This document shows, piece by piece, positions 42,501-54,000 of a stretch of 64,000 nucleotides of DNA. Source of the DNA: Octopus sinensis (lineage: Eukaryota); the NCBI RefSeq assembly GCF_006345805.1, contig NC_042997.1:89218001-89282000 (forward strand), given 5' to 3'. Position 1 is the first letter of the stretch. Every line of letters starts with the position of its first letter. Made by a program: the position numbers and the translations under genes. The notes under the pieces are model-generated. The model was not told the origin of the DNA, searched no databases, and worked only from the letters and a program-made list of their open reading frames with translations.

Positions 42501-45500
42501 AAAGTGCAAGGAATATTAATGTAACATATGGAGATTGGACAATAAGCATAAGCCAATGTCAATGGTGGTTCCAGAAATTCCGAGCCGGACTACAGCCTAG
42601 AAGATGAACCTTGTCCTGGAAGATCTCTAGAACTCAGAAAGGACATCCTGCAAATACAGTGGCACAAAATTCAATCGTAACTATTGAGGAACTAGCAGAG
42701 ATGCTTGGATCTGGTCATTCAACCATTCATTGACACCTGTGTACTATTGGAAAAGTCACCAAATAGGGTCAACGGGTTCCTCACAAACTTTACAAGTCTA
42801 ATCGCATGTAGAGAGTGAATGTATGCTCTTTTTGCTGTCACATCTCACGAATGAACCTTTTTTGGACCAAATAGTGACTGGTGATGAGAAATGGGTTCTC
42901 TATAAAAATGTCAAGCACCAAAGACAGTGGGTAGAGAAAGAAACACTGACACTCCATGCTAAAGAAAGTCTTCACCCATGTAAAGTATTGTTATCTATTT
43001 GGTGGGATATGAAAGGTTTAGTCCATGTTGAACTTTAAACCCAAACCAAACATCAACAAGGGAGATCTACTTTGTTTATCTTAATTTTCAATAATAAAAG
43101 AAGTATAAAAAAACCGCATTATTTATGGGATGACCCAAAACTTCACCCACCCTACCCTTCATATATGCGGTATCAAACTAGAGCACTGATGATAACAAAT
43201 GCTATACCCCTCTATCATTGTGGCTTGTTTTCTTTTTGACAAATGCACTTATTAACTTCCTACTCATTCATATCCACCTCTCATTAACCATATTGTGAAA
43301 CACCAAACTGAACAGTACACCTAGTCTTTCCACCTCAGAAAGTCATACTTTTAGAATTTTATGGGACAGGTTTCCTCTTTTGCCATGAAGATTTTTTATT
43401 TTATTTTTTATTTGTTTGCATAACATTTTACTAAAAATGTCATTAAAAAATTAATATATTCAAGAAAAAATTTCACATTATTTTAAAAAGTTTTCATTAG
43501 GTGTATGAAGGTGTTATAGGTGAATGCCCTAATTTGCTTTGGACAGAGAAGTTGAAGATTGCTTGTTCTGTTATCTGGGTTTGTGGAACTGGAAAGAAAA
43601 ATGTGGTAGGAGCTAAAAGAGTAAAAAAAAAAAACGTCAGATATGTAAGATACACAGCTGAGCCAGTGTTCTGAATTGAAGAGAAAAGCTCACCTGATTC
43701 ATCATTATTTTCAGCTGGTTCAGAATTTTGGTTATCTGTACATTCAAGTTCTTCAGTGATAGTTAAGGGTTCAAGATCTTTAAGATTACCTCGCTGACAT
43801 TCTTTCTCCAATTCACGGGAATAATGAAGACAAGGAATTGCACTTACAGGAATGTCATGTTTCTAGCAAAATAGAAACAAAATACAAAAGTGAAGAAATT
43901 TTGATCTTGTGATTGTTTATTTTTAGAATAACACTGGCAGGTTTGAACATAAAACAGGTAGAATATTTGAGTCAGTTATGGATGGTTTAAATGCTAAAGG
44001 GTTAAACAATCAACTGAAATGATTGCCAGTAACTATTCTAGGATCATTACACTGTTTTCTTTTAAAGATTCATTTTCCACAGGGTATCAAGGCTTTTTGA
44101 TGTTGCAGTATACAACAATATATCTGGTATATTGTTGCATACTGTAACAGCATAAGCTTTTATAATTTAATGTGTTTCTAAACACTTGAATAGCAATATA
44201 ACCTTTTTTTCAGTTCCAGGGGCTGAAACAAGTAGATATATGTTTTGCTAAGTTAGGCTAAAGGATTAAATAGGAGCCATTCAGATATGTGACCAAAATG
44301 ACTGAACCCTTTTCACAATAACATCATTTGTAAATACTAACCCACTGACAAGGTGGAAACATTGAAACAAGTAGTACCATCTACTCTGACCAAGAACAAA
44401 GCCCAAGTCCTGCAGTATGTTTTCAAATATACAATTAGTCTTTTTTAATGTGTAATTATCACAAAAAATGTAGATAGATACATGGCAGTAAGTGCATGAG
44501 TTCAAACTCTTTGTGCTCTAAACAAAATTATTTGCTGAAAGTTGCTCATGAATAGCTACAACACTAACACCTATTTTGAAAGCCTTATGATTTTAGCACT
44601 GTCAAAACAGTTCTGTGTTGTCTCCACGACCTTTTGTCCTTATACTAGCCAATATTATTCCATTCCTATCATACAGCATAACATCTTTTTAGCATCAAAT
44701 TTTTTAAGATTTCTTTTTATCCATAGTACCTCATCCATATAAATAACATAAAAACATTTTACAATTCCTCTACACCTTTTCTTTCCAAGAGAACCCCAAA
44801 AGTAAACAGTAATTGCCTTATGTCTTAGACAACTTGCTACATAAAAAGTCAAAACCAGTGTACTAACCATACTTAGAAGAGTACAGTATTGGTTTCAAAT
44901 TTTGGCACAAGGCTAGCAACTGCAGGGCAGGGAGTAAGCCAACTGCATCGAATCCAGTACTCAACTGGTACTATTTTACTGACCTCAAGAGGAATTTGAA
45001 CTCGGAATGTATAGACAGACGAAATGCGACTTAGACATTTTGCTTGGCATGCTTACAATTCTGCCAGTTCAGCACCTTTAAAAGAGTATAATATTAATAA
45101 ATTGAAATTTATATAAAAGTAATGCTATTTGCCTCTTACAAGAAAGTTTTGTTTTTATTTTAAAAAAAAAAACACAAAATTGTATGAAGCCAAATTAAGT
45201 AATAAGCCATAAAAGGCTGCAAAAATAAAATGTATATATGTATGTATATATACTTACTCTGGCACTACCAGGTCCCAAGAAGTATGGTTTGGAGAGAGTA
45301 CATACTCTTGATTCTTTATGCAAATAAACTGGCATGCCACTATTATGAGTTACTATTATCCAGCCTTCTGGTAGAATGTCAAATGGATCATGGCCCCTCT
45401 CTGAAACAATATATTTTATTTATATAAAAGAAAAAGCATTGTTAAATAATATTGACATAAATCTGTTCAGTTTGATACAGGTATAAACTGAATAGATTCT

Positions 45501-46504
45501 AAAATTCAGTATAAAATCATTAACCAAATTTTGTTCTAAATACAATATAATATTAATGTTAATTTCACATGATATTTGTAATTAAAATAATTAACTATAG
45601 TTGTAGCTAGTAAATTCTGATTGTATTAATCAGAAGAAATTTTACACAACTTTTTTTTTAATCAGAGCAGGTTCTTTAAAAAGTAAATAGGTTTATACAT
45701 ATAAAAAGCAACCTTTTTAGTTCAATGATCTCATAATTAGGAATAATGATGAATAAAATTGTCTAAGTTTTTCATGTATCTGATATCATAGCAGATGTTG
45801 AAAGAAAGTTGTGTAATTCAAAAGGAAATGCAGTTATAAGATAATAGATAAGAAATAATAAAAATTATAAAATTTTCTTATGGGGATGAAAGACACTTCA
45901 AAGTAAAAAAAAGAAAAAGAAAAAAAAAGAATAATAATAGTTTACCTTTTAAAACAATCTTTTGTACTTCAATTGGCCCCTGCGATCCGTCATCTTTTGT
46001 TTCTCCATCTGATCCAGACTTGCGGGAGTCAACCCCCTCTTCCAGCCATGCATAGACCTCATTATCATCCAAGTATTCTTCATCATCATCGTCACTAGAA
46101 AGATCAAGTGATTCCCGGCCGTTTGAAATATAACTCCGAGCACTCAGATCAGTACCCAGTCCATCATCATCCAGTTCAATATCATCTATGATTTCAAACA
46201 CATGAGAAGTTTGTGCAGAATGTTCTCCACTAGGAAGTCTAGATTCTCGATCACAGTCTAAATAGGATTCAACACAGGTAATAACACTAGAAACAGGGGC
46301 CATAATTAGTGGACGTTTTTCAGGAGTGCAGCCATAGTCTATGTCGTTTTTTCTACCATCATCACTGTCAAAGTACAACCTTTTATTATTAGTTAGATTG
46401 GACGTTTGCGTTGATGGTGGCAGTATGTGGTTCTGACAGTTTTCATCATTGCTGTTTTGTGCTTCATCGTCATCTGCATTGCATGGAGATCCAGGGACTT
46501 CCAT
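4192..46504 (-). CDS. DGCR8: DGCR8/pasha (Microprocessor complex subunit), 16 coding exons, 679 aa
   Basis: Hand-spliced exons, all GT-AG, all phases compatible, 2040 nt total. Motifs: [48 protein letters not shown] (WW region), IPCLHY (heme Cys), dsRBD1 [13 protein letters not shown]...[14 protein letters not shown], dsRBD2 [18 protein letters not shown]...[33 protein letters not shown]. Confidence 0.97.
5512..7765 (-). mobile_element. RTE-clade LINE, 5'-truncated and decayed, with (GAT)n 3' tail
   Basis: RT fragments [47 protein letters not shown] and WELLYADDL (~6850); multiple stops and frameshifts; CAT repeats at the plus-strand left end. Confidence 0.9.
7790..7950 (-). mobile_element. 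tRNA-derived SINE (head and central domain)
   Basis: Similar copies at ~44890-45080 (-) and ~52760-52950 (+); gagttcaaattc B-box-like motif and shared ctttcatcctttc core. Confidence 0.7.
8064..8174 (-). CDS. DGCR8: DGCR8 coding exon 15 (C-terminal tail, Drosha-binding helix region)
   Basis: tttcag|[37 protein letters not shown]|gtcagt. Confidence 0.95.
9666..9749 (-). CDS. DGCR8: DGCR8 coding exon 14
   Basis: ttccag|[28 protein letters not shown]|gtaag. Confidence 0.96.
9919..10131. mobile_element. TTAA-flanked MITE (piggyBac-like ends), family of ~130-220 bp
   Basis: TTAA-ccc(t/a)ttagcatt ... aatgct(g/a)aaggg-TTAA; related copies at 14337-14473, 26418-26637, 34317-34446, 40692-40918 and a partial copy ending 44005. 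Confidence 0.8.
10367..10423 (-). CDS. DGCR8: DGCR8 coding exon 13 (dsRBD2)
   Basis: tttcag|[19 protein letters not shown]|gtacgt. Confidence 0.96.
10890..11090 (-). mobile_element. SINE 3' portion
   Basis: Reverse complement of the SINE tail at 33190-33390 (gatagaataagtac...tgactgaaacaagtaa). Confidence 0.7.
11098..11197 (-). CDS. DGCR8: DGCR8 coding exon 12 (dsRBD2)
   Basis: ttgtag|g [33 protein letters not shown]|gtaagt. Confidence 0.95.
11348..12451. mobile_element. Non-autonomous long-TIR (foldback-type) DNA element with 8-bp TSD
   Basis: Inverted arms 11348-11637 and 12172-12451 (~85-90% identical by eye), beginning GGATCTG; ATTGTTGT at 11340-11347 and 12452-12459. Confidence 0.88.
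13376..13476 (-). CDS. DGCR8: DGCR8 coding exon 11
   Basis: tttcag|[33 protein letters not shown] ag|gtaagc. Confidence 0.96.
14048..14130 (-). CDS. DGCR8: DGCR8 coding exon 10
   Basis: ttttag|[28 protein letters not shown]|gtaagt. Confidence 0.95.
15219..15317 (-). CDS. DGCR8: DGCR8 coding exon 9 (dsRBD1)
   Basis: ttgtag|[33 protein letters not shown] g|gtgaat. Confidence 0.96.
15465..15566 (-). CDS. DGCR8: DGCR8 coding exon 8 (dsRBD1 start)
   Basis: tttcag|[34 protein letters not shown] g|gtaagt. Confidence 0.96.
15667..16705 (-). mobile_element. piggyBac internal-deletion derivative
   Basis: TTAA|CCCTTTCGTTAC ... GTAACGAAAGGG|TTAA; acidic N-terminal transposase remnant and [13 protein letters not shown]...[22 protein letters not shown]. 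Confidence 0.92.
18095..18167 (-). CDS. DGCR8: DGCR8 coding exon 7
   Basis: ttacag|[24 protein letters not shown] g|gtaatt. Confidence 0.93.
19562..19622 (-). CDS. DGCR8: DGCR8 coding exon 6
   Basis: ttttgcag|a [20 protein letters not shown]|gtaagt. Confidence 0.95.
20381..24218 (+). mobile_element. Full-length but decayed Ty3/Gypsy LTR retrotransposon
   Basis: ~250-bp LTRs at 20381-20634 and 23971-24218 (TG...CA); gag Zn-knuckle remnant, protease DKGA, RT YQDD, RNase[17 protein letters not shown], integrase [15 protein letters not shown] and YHPHSNEQA, in PR-RT-RH-INT order. Confidence 0.93.
24774..26173 (-). mobile_element. Second piggyBac deletion derivative (same terminal family, different internal part)
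   Basis: TTAA|CCCTTTCGTTAC ... GTAACAAAAGAG|TTAA; internal [24 protein letters not shown] and [21 protein letters not shown] transposase-core remnants; ~178-bp internal tandem duplication. Confidence 0.88.
26285..26354 (-). CDS. DGCR8: DGCR8 coding exon 5
   Basis: ttttcag|[23 protein letters not shown] aa|gtaagt. Confidence 0.95.
27836..28560. repeat. Inverted-repeat element (~200-bp arms) carrying a hammerhead-like CTGATGA...GAAACCGATT motif; Penelope-like remnant
   Basis: 27836-~28030 is the reverse complement of ~28385-28560; CA-rich spacer; CTGATGA at 28492, GAAA at 28549. Confidence 0.65.
28590..29340 (+). mobile_element. RTE LINE fragment
   Basis: [26 protein letters not shown], homologous to the RTE at 7354-7764; decayed. 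Confidence 0.8.
31130..32450 (-). mobile_element. CR1/Jockey-group LINE RT remnant
   Basis: Decayed PQGTV-like motif, [17 protein letters not shown] and C-terminal [14 protein letters not shown]...KILEGL. Confidence 0.7.
33012..33390 (+). mobile_element. Near-complete tRNA-derived SINE
   Basis: ggtgcaggtgtggctgtgtggtaagaagcttgc...gggttcagtc head (A/B-box-like) plus shared tail; related partial copies at ~30330-30500, ~36480-36610, ~49520-49640, ~27320-27420. Confidence 0.8.
33975..34124 (-). CDS. DGCR8: DGCR8 coding exon 4
   Basis: long poly-T tract + cag|..[11 protein letters not shown]...[18 protein letters not shown] g|gtaatt; phase 1/1. Confidence 0.9.
35705..36283 (+). mobile_element. 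Tc1-like transposase C-terminal remnant with right end
   Basis: [13 protein letters not shown]...[13 protein letters not shown]...[17 protein letters not shown]; ends ...gttcagtg|TA. Confidence 0.85.
37600..39650 (+). mobile_element. CR1/L2-like LINE remnant
   Basis: Decayed RT motifs [19 protein letters not shown] and NADDTTL at ~39380-39480. Confidence 0.65.
40240..42200 (+). mobile_element. Old RTE LINE remnant (interrupted by a TTAA MITE)
   Basis: [23 protein letters not shown]... and [10 protein letters not shown] at ~41190-41490. Confidence 0.7.
42246..43138 (+). mobile_element. mariner element, internally deleted and decayed
   Basis: TIR ttgggt(t/c)atcccataaataatg at both ends, TA on the left; [15 protein letters not shown] and [17 protein letters not shown]...[16 protein letters not shown]. 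Confidence 0.9.
43694..43862 (-). CDS. DGCR8: DGCR8 coding exon 3 (heme-binding Cys)
   Basis: tag|[25 protein letters not shown]...NDES g|gtgagc. Confidence 0.93.
45258..45400 (-). CDS. DGCR8: DGCR8 coding exon 2 (WW motif)
   Basis: cag|..[47 protein letters not shown]|gtaagt. Confidence 0.97.
45946..46504 (-). CDS. DGCR8: DGCR8 coding exon 1 (acidic, low-complexity N-terminus to KIVLK)
   Basis: ATG at 46504 in gcaATGg context with an in-frame TAG just upstream; [16 protein letters not shown]...KIVLK; donor AAG|gtaaac (phase 1). Likely acceptor ctctttccag at 46682. Confidence 0.9.
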
Positions 46505-47941
46505 TGCAGTCTATCACTTTTGTTGAAGGTATGAGACAGCTTAAAGCCAGAGCTGTGGACCTGTGCTATAAAAGAGCCAAGCTTGACTATCAGCTTCTTT
46601 TCTAAAGAGCTGGACTGTTAACCGGACAGACCTGCTCAGCCACCTCTCTCTTGCTAACTAGTCAAAGAAATTAAGCCTCATCTGGAAAGAGAGATGCCCT
46701 TACATTAGCCTTACCACACATGAAACTACCTATAGAAAGCATGTGAAGGATTGATTACAATAAATAAAACTGTAAATTTCTTTTGGAAAAAATTATATCA
46801 AAATAATAAAAACAATTTTATTGAATACAAATACAAATGTTTTTAAAAATTAGGTGACAAAATAAAAAATTCAGTAGATATTTGTATTTTGAGCAGCAAT
46901 TCATGTGACAGCCTTAAAAGTTATTGTATAAATAGCAGAAAACCATTTTTACAAAAATAAATAAATGAATAAATGAAAAAGGTTTTGAAAAACAAGTTTC
47001 ATACTAACACTTCATTTCTAATAACAGGCTTCTTTAAGTAAATGACACCAACATCTTACATTATTAATACTGGAATTCAATGGAAGCCAATATTCAATAA
47101 AGGATGAACACATGATGGGAGACTCCAAAGCAATGAGAAAGTTAAGTCACTCAACACAACCAGGATCTGATATTTCTACTTAAAGGTTTAATTCTTGTAT
47201 TTTTGAGAATTAGGTGTATCAAAGGATATATAAAAAAAAATGAATGGTTTTGTGTGTGCACACAAATCCACTTCCACACACACACGCACAAGAGAGAGAG
47301 AAAGAGAGAGAGAGAGATTACCTTGAATATTTTTCCTAAGTCACTTTTGAAGACTTTATTTGAGAAAATTCTTAAAGAAATGAATATTAGGGTTCTAAAA
47401 TGAACCTTTAAGGCTTTTTTGCTCATCTCTTCATTTAACAAAAATTGTAAACTCTATCATCTATGTACGTATGCATATATACATATGACATACACACACA
47501 TACACAAACAAACAAACACAACAGCAAATGCTAGTAAATGTAGGAAGCATTAGTTTTTAAAAACAAGTAATTCTAAAAAAACAGGCCAAACCTTAAAAAG
47601 GTATAACAAGAACAACAACAATAAAGCTGCATGTGATCCTGTACTTATTTATCTTTATTTTTACCTTAATGTAAAGGTGAAGGTCAAGGTCCGTTAAGAA
47701 AAAATATTGAAACTGAGGAGAAAGGAAGGGGTTTCTTACTTTTCCAATTCTAACAAGATCTGAGGTGATGAGTCTATTAGCATTGCCTATTTCATGAATA
47801 CATTTAAAAGGAATAGGGAGCAACTAGTTAGATACGGACAAAAAGAAAGAAATTAATAAGTAGCAGAGTAAGAAAGAGATATTGTGAAAGATGGAGCAGT
47901 TAGTCAACCCATCCATCCTTGAGGACCACCTCAATACTTAC

Positions 47942-48022
47942 CTTGAGCAGGAACAAGGGTCAGGAGTTTTGGAATAGGGAGACTTCATAGCAGGTGACTC
48001 GCAGTCTATTATACTTTCAGTT
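47942..48022 (-). other. Candidate 81-nt leader exon
   Basis: Strong donor AAG|gtaagt at 47941; weaker acceptor ctgcag; locally GC-richer. Confidence 0.35.
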
Positions 48023-51000
48023 CTGCAGTTGTAAAGTACTGTTAAAACCTAAGAAGCCATTGCTTGGCATTTGTTAAATGTAACCAAGCCACCAGTCTCT
48101 GGGGTTTTAACAAATGGCAACTATTAAAAGTAGCCGCAATTATTATTCCACACTTTGTCCTGGTAACTAGGAGAAAGCTACATGCAATGTTGGTATCATT
48201 TCGCAAATATCTTAATTGGCTTTTCTTTTCCTCTGAGTTCATATGTTACTGGTCCACAGGAAGAAAACGGTTAAGAGAAATTTCTGCCTAAAAATTAAAG
48301 AGTAGCACTGTAGGATTAGAAGCACCTCAAATGCTGTAAAATTGAATGTGGAAAAGTAGAAACCGCAATGCAAGGGGGTAATAACAGCAAAATTTAGTTT
48401 GTGAAATGAAGTCAACACAGTGATGGTACTTATTACCAATTTTCAACCTAACAAGCTATAGCTCCTCCAAAATACCAGGTATAAGTTTTAAAAAATACTA
48501 TTACCTTACTAAATATTAAAAAAGCAAATTGTTAAACAGATATACCCTAACCTCAAAGTTAATATATTTCCCAGTTTTCCACCAAATTTCCAGAACATTC
48601 AGCTACCTTTGCATCTACTTCATATCAAAGAGTGAAAATTCTGTAAAATCTATACAATATTCAGGACTTTCACCAATCCAAATGGCAGCAATATATCTGA
48701 GTATCATTGCCTTTTTGGAAAGTAAATAACAAAACTGCACATCAATTGCAAAATCCACATGACACCTTGAGCAAGTGTATTTATTCTACTACAACCTCAA
48801 GCCAAGCAATAACCTTGTGAGGGAATTTGGTAAATGGTAACTGAAAGAAGCTTGTCAGTCATGTGTGTCTGTATGAACATTTACAAAACTATGCTGAGTT
48901 ATAACTTGTGATGTCACCATTTGTGGCTCAGCAACAACCAGTGACATCATTTCTGGTTGGGTTACAACTAGTGACATTTCCTGTCCACAAATTGTCCAGT
49001 AGCCATTTTCAAATGCTTCTTGAATAAAAGGTTGGCAACAGGAAAAGCATCCAGCCATTAAAGTTCTTCTACAATTTTCTTCTGATTAAGGCATGAAAAA
49101 CAGATATTAAACAGTACAAACTTATTAAATTCGATCAGTGAGATAAGATACCAAGCAAGAGCTTTCTCCATGCTTAAATAAAATAAACTGAAGGAATTTT
49201 AGCTTACATACTGATTTTCCCTTTTTAATCACAACCCTACATTAACAATGAACCAATGAGTAATGCTTAAAATGATTTTGTTTGTAAATTAAAGAAAAAC
49301 TTCTATTCTTCAGTTACAGTGTCATGATTAACATGACAGAGGATAAACATTTACTCATAAAGTTTATAGGCCCTTTTTTTCCAAGTAGACAATGGAAAAA
49401 TTTATAGCCAACTGCATACCTAGATATTGTGTAAACTTGATTCACCAAATAAAAAATTAAAACAGTCCCCTCCATAGCTAAACTCAAATACTAGGGTAAT
49501 TTTTTTCTATAAATCAGCTTTCTAAACTCTATTAATAGATGCAGGCATGACTGTGTGGTCCTAGAAGATTGCTTCGCAACCACATGAGTTCAGGTTGACC
49601 AAAACCTTGTGAGTGAAATTTGATAGACAAACTATATGGAAAATTGTCACATATATTGTGTGTGTATGCCTGCATACATGCATTTGTCCACCTGTATCTT
49701 TGCATTGACACCACTTCAACAGAGATGACATTTATCTCTCACAGGACTTAAGAGTCCAGTAACACTGATTCAACATGGGAAGATGTGAATCAAGTATCTT
49801 ATTTGTAAACAAGAAAGCTAAAAAGCTGGCATCAGGAAGAAAATTTGGCTGTAAGAAGACTCATTGGAGGAGTCCTCAAGAAGACTCATTCAAGTAGATG
49901 AAAGATGATGAAATTGAAAAGCACTTACTACAGCAAAATGTTACTTTGACAATCTACCAGCAATTTTGATAAAAATGTGGATCAAATATTGTACAGAAAT
50001 AATAATGATGTCACTAAATGTTATTATCTAAAAAAAAAAAATAATAATCGAAGTTGCATGAACAGACTATTTCAAACAGCAGTGTGACAGTGATATTTCA
50101 CTATAATCACTACTACCGTATGATATCACAAAAGTTGAGGTATCAAAAATACCCTTCTCTTGTAATCTATCAAAATCAATACTAGCAACATAATTTAACC
50201 CTTAAAACAGGCATGGGCAACATTTTCGAGAAGCAGGCTGCATGAAACATGGCTCATCATCTGGTAGGCCATACAACTAAAAAATTCAAGGTAAATTTTT
50301 ATTAGGCATGCCATTCAGAAACTCCTGCAGGCCACAAGTTGCACAAGATTGCCTTATCACTATAAAATAAAAATCTATAAAATGCTTCATTATCATCAAC
50401 GTCACCATCGTATATAAACATACCTAAAACATTTTCCTTATTCTACCTAACTGCAGGATTGTCTTTTCTATTGGTGGGGTAGTGAGTACTTAAAAAAAAA
50501 AAAACTGTAGATTTTGAAAATGAAAAACAAACTAAATAAAAAAAATTAAAAAAAGACATAATATCAATGAAAAGAGTAACTGAAGTAATCTACTAAAAAC
50601 TACCAATTTTATTTTACTGTAATTTAAGTTTTGCTAAATTGGAGATGCTACTGAATGTTATCAACCTGTAAATTTGATATATTATCCTTAATAACAAATG
50701 TAGAACTAGATTAAAAAATTTTTTTTGTTCTTTATTTAAATAACCTTAAATGAAATGTTATTCTGACAACTTCAGACTAAAGAAATAACTTTACAATACA
50801 TACAAATATTTTAATTGTTCAAAGACCTCACTAAGTTCTTTGTAAATTATCAATACAGATTTTTCAATGTTTATCACTGTGTATTAGGTTAATTTTAACA
50901 CTATGGTACAAAGTCCTGATATTTCGTTTAGAATAATTCAGCAAATATCCAGAGATTTTATTAATATTTTCTGCTTACCAACCACTTTACTGCGACACAA

Positions 51001-54000
51001 GCCTCTACAGAGTCACTTGACCAGCTAGAAATAACAGCTGACCCAGTAAGGGAACTGCTTGGCTACAGCAGCCAAATCTCCTTCAAATCTTATATGATGT
51101 CTAAAATAAAGGATAATGTGGACAATATAGTCCTTTATATAAAAACAGAAGATGGTCATGGCTGGAACACTTCATCATACATCTGCTCAATCAGACATAA
51201 CCTAATACAAAACAACTCATAAATAGCGTTCCTTACAAAGGTCAAATGTTCCTACTGTAGATGTTTACAATAGTCATATGATCTGAGTTAAGAATCTTAG
51301 CCATGATTGCTGCATGGCACTGATGACAGATGAACTGTTGACCCTTTCAAAGGGTAGTCTAACACCATATTAATTCAGACTTCTCTTTTACTATTAAATG
51401 TTTAAGCAGTCCTTTTTCAAAATTTACTTTGTGATTAGACCTACCTAAGCAGAAAAGTTACAAGTTAAAAGAGAACTATACACACTCAAATGGCCCTACA
51501 ATCATTTTTAATAATTTATTTTACTTTTTTATGTTCAGGAAAATTTGGTAATTAAAATATTTTTTAGAGTTGAATGCTGTATTTCATGCTAACCACCTAA
51601 TTACAAGGAGTGGGTGGCAACAATATCCAGCAAGGGCAGACTGAGGTAATTAAAACAATACACCTACCTCAACATGCAGAAAACTGGAAATCCTCTATCT
51701 AAAACTCTTATCTATTTTGTATTAAGTCTTCCATGACCTACTTTAACTAACTTGATGTTTATTGTAAGAATTAATCCAAGAATTGAAGAGTTTGCTTATT
51801 AACTTCAATCAAAGATGGACGTCTAAGCAATATTGCTCCATTACCAACACCAGTTCAACAATAGTGGTGGAGACTGCTTATGTTAGAATTTAATTCAATG
51901 CAAACACTGCAACTAATGAATGAATTACGTGTTGTGATATTTTTTTTATGAGTTGATGGTGAATGAAATGCAATGATGGACTTCTATTGTGCTGGCTTCT
52001 AGAAATAATAAAGATATAGAGGGGACTTCAAAAAACTTACTGACAATAGAGCGATATTCTTGCCATATAACTATGTCGTCAGAAGTATTATACCTAAGTG
52101 TAATGAAAATGGTGGCATGAAGTAAAAAGATGAGGTGAATACAATCCATGATATGAGCAAGGTGATCTTTGAGAGTTGTGTAAGGGACCTAAAAATGTGC
52201 CTGCAGATTAGAGGTTTCTGTTGATATAGATATGGGTTTAGAAAGGATGATATTAAGGCAATAAAGTAATTGGAGTTAAGGTAAGCACATTTATAACTAG
52301 AGTTAGGATAGTATGTGTAAGGGGGTTTTATGAGATAGCTATTATCTCATAAAATGAGAAGGAAAGAGGGAGCATTTTAAGCAAAATTAATCTAACTAAA
52401 ATAGGTCTTGTAGAGATTGATGTCACTTATATTTTGCTATGAACAATGTTTCTTACATGTCAAAATACATATTCCTGAAAGGGTCACTGGGAATAATTGA
52501 GCTTAAAAATGTGAAATAGTAAGTAATTTTATGATGTAATCGTTAGAGAATTTATTTCTGTGTCATGATATTACTAGAATGTTTAACCACAGGAAGCTAC
52601 TTGCAAAGTCTTTGTTGATAAAAGATGAGTCTGAAGCTTTAGACAAACTAGAGACAGTGTGGGTATTGCCTCCATAGAGGATTTTGAGGAACATCTCAGT
52701 AGGGTAGAAAAGCTTTGCTGACAACTAAAGGCCAACCTTAGTTATTAATATACTACACCATAAAGCAGTGAGTGAGCAGAATTGCTAGTATAGTGGACAA
52801 AATGCATAGCAGCATTTCTCCCAGCTCTTCACATTATCAGATCACATACCACCGAAGTCAACTCTGCCACTCATCCTTTCAGAGTCGATAACATAAAGTA
52901 TCAATCAAGTACTGGGATTGATGTAATCAACTAACCCTCTCTCTAAAACTACAGGGCTTTGAAATGGTATGTAACACCATAGTTATATCTAATGACTGGC
53001 AAAGTGATATTTAGATTTTAACAAATATTCTTAAAAATTTGTCTCTAACATTGATTAAGATTTTCAGTCTATGGAAGTCTTCCTAGGATTTACAAAAGAA
53101 CAAAGAATTTGAAGAAATGTTGGTTGATAATTGTGAATATTACAATGGAGACAAAGAAATAGAAAACAAATCATTAATTAGAAAATACTAAGAACTTGAT
53201 GGATACATATTGATGAAGAAAAATGCTTGGACAAGGCAGGAACAAGTGGAGAATATAGTTCTTAGATAACAAGTGCAATTAAAGACACTAGAATTGTATA
53301 CAAGTATATCTCACTCAATATCTATTTGCTAACATCACCGAAAGAGTTGAGAACAATCTGATCATATGTTAGCTCATCAAGTTCTGCAAATAAACAAATT
53401 TTACTTAAGGCATATTCATTTTACCCAATAATTTGTTATACAAATTATCAAAGAAATAACTTTGTTTTTTTTCGCTATTTGAAGGAAATATACTCCTGCC
53501 AAATATCTTGTGAACAAGAGACAACAAAGATTAAAGGGTATACAATAATATGGATACTGAGTAGCTATATGTGCTGTTTTTGAGTTTTTGTAGTAAAACA
53601 TTTGTGGTCTAGAATGTATGGTGCAATATTGACAAGGGAAACATAAAAATATTTGGAATGTCGATGTATTTATAAAGTTATACCAATAAAGTTTATATCC
53701 AAACAGGATTTGGTTATTTCGAAATATATCTACTAGCAGAAAACATCTGAAAACAGAGTAAATGAACTTTAACACCAGCAAAGTATTTAAATACGATATG
53801 TTAAACATTTACATAAACTCCTACATAGGTATTGCTCAAACTTTTGTATTTTCATTTTAAAATTCCATTTCAAAAATCCACCAGAAATTTGATTCTTTAA
53901 CCATATTATTTCAAACTAATATATTAACATTATTTCATTACAACTTTACAGCTACTACAGATTTTTGATATTAATACTTGTTAAATATTCTTATCCCGAG

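Noticed and set aside
43497-43693. ORF-track read-through past the exon 3 donor, giving a hydrophobic tail (possible truncated DGCR8 isoform)
   Set aside because: A good GTGAGC donor at 43693 is in phase with exon 4; the extension is T-rich intron sequence with no supporting evidence.
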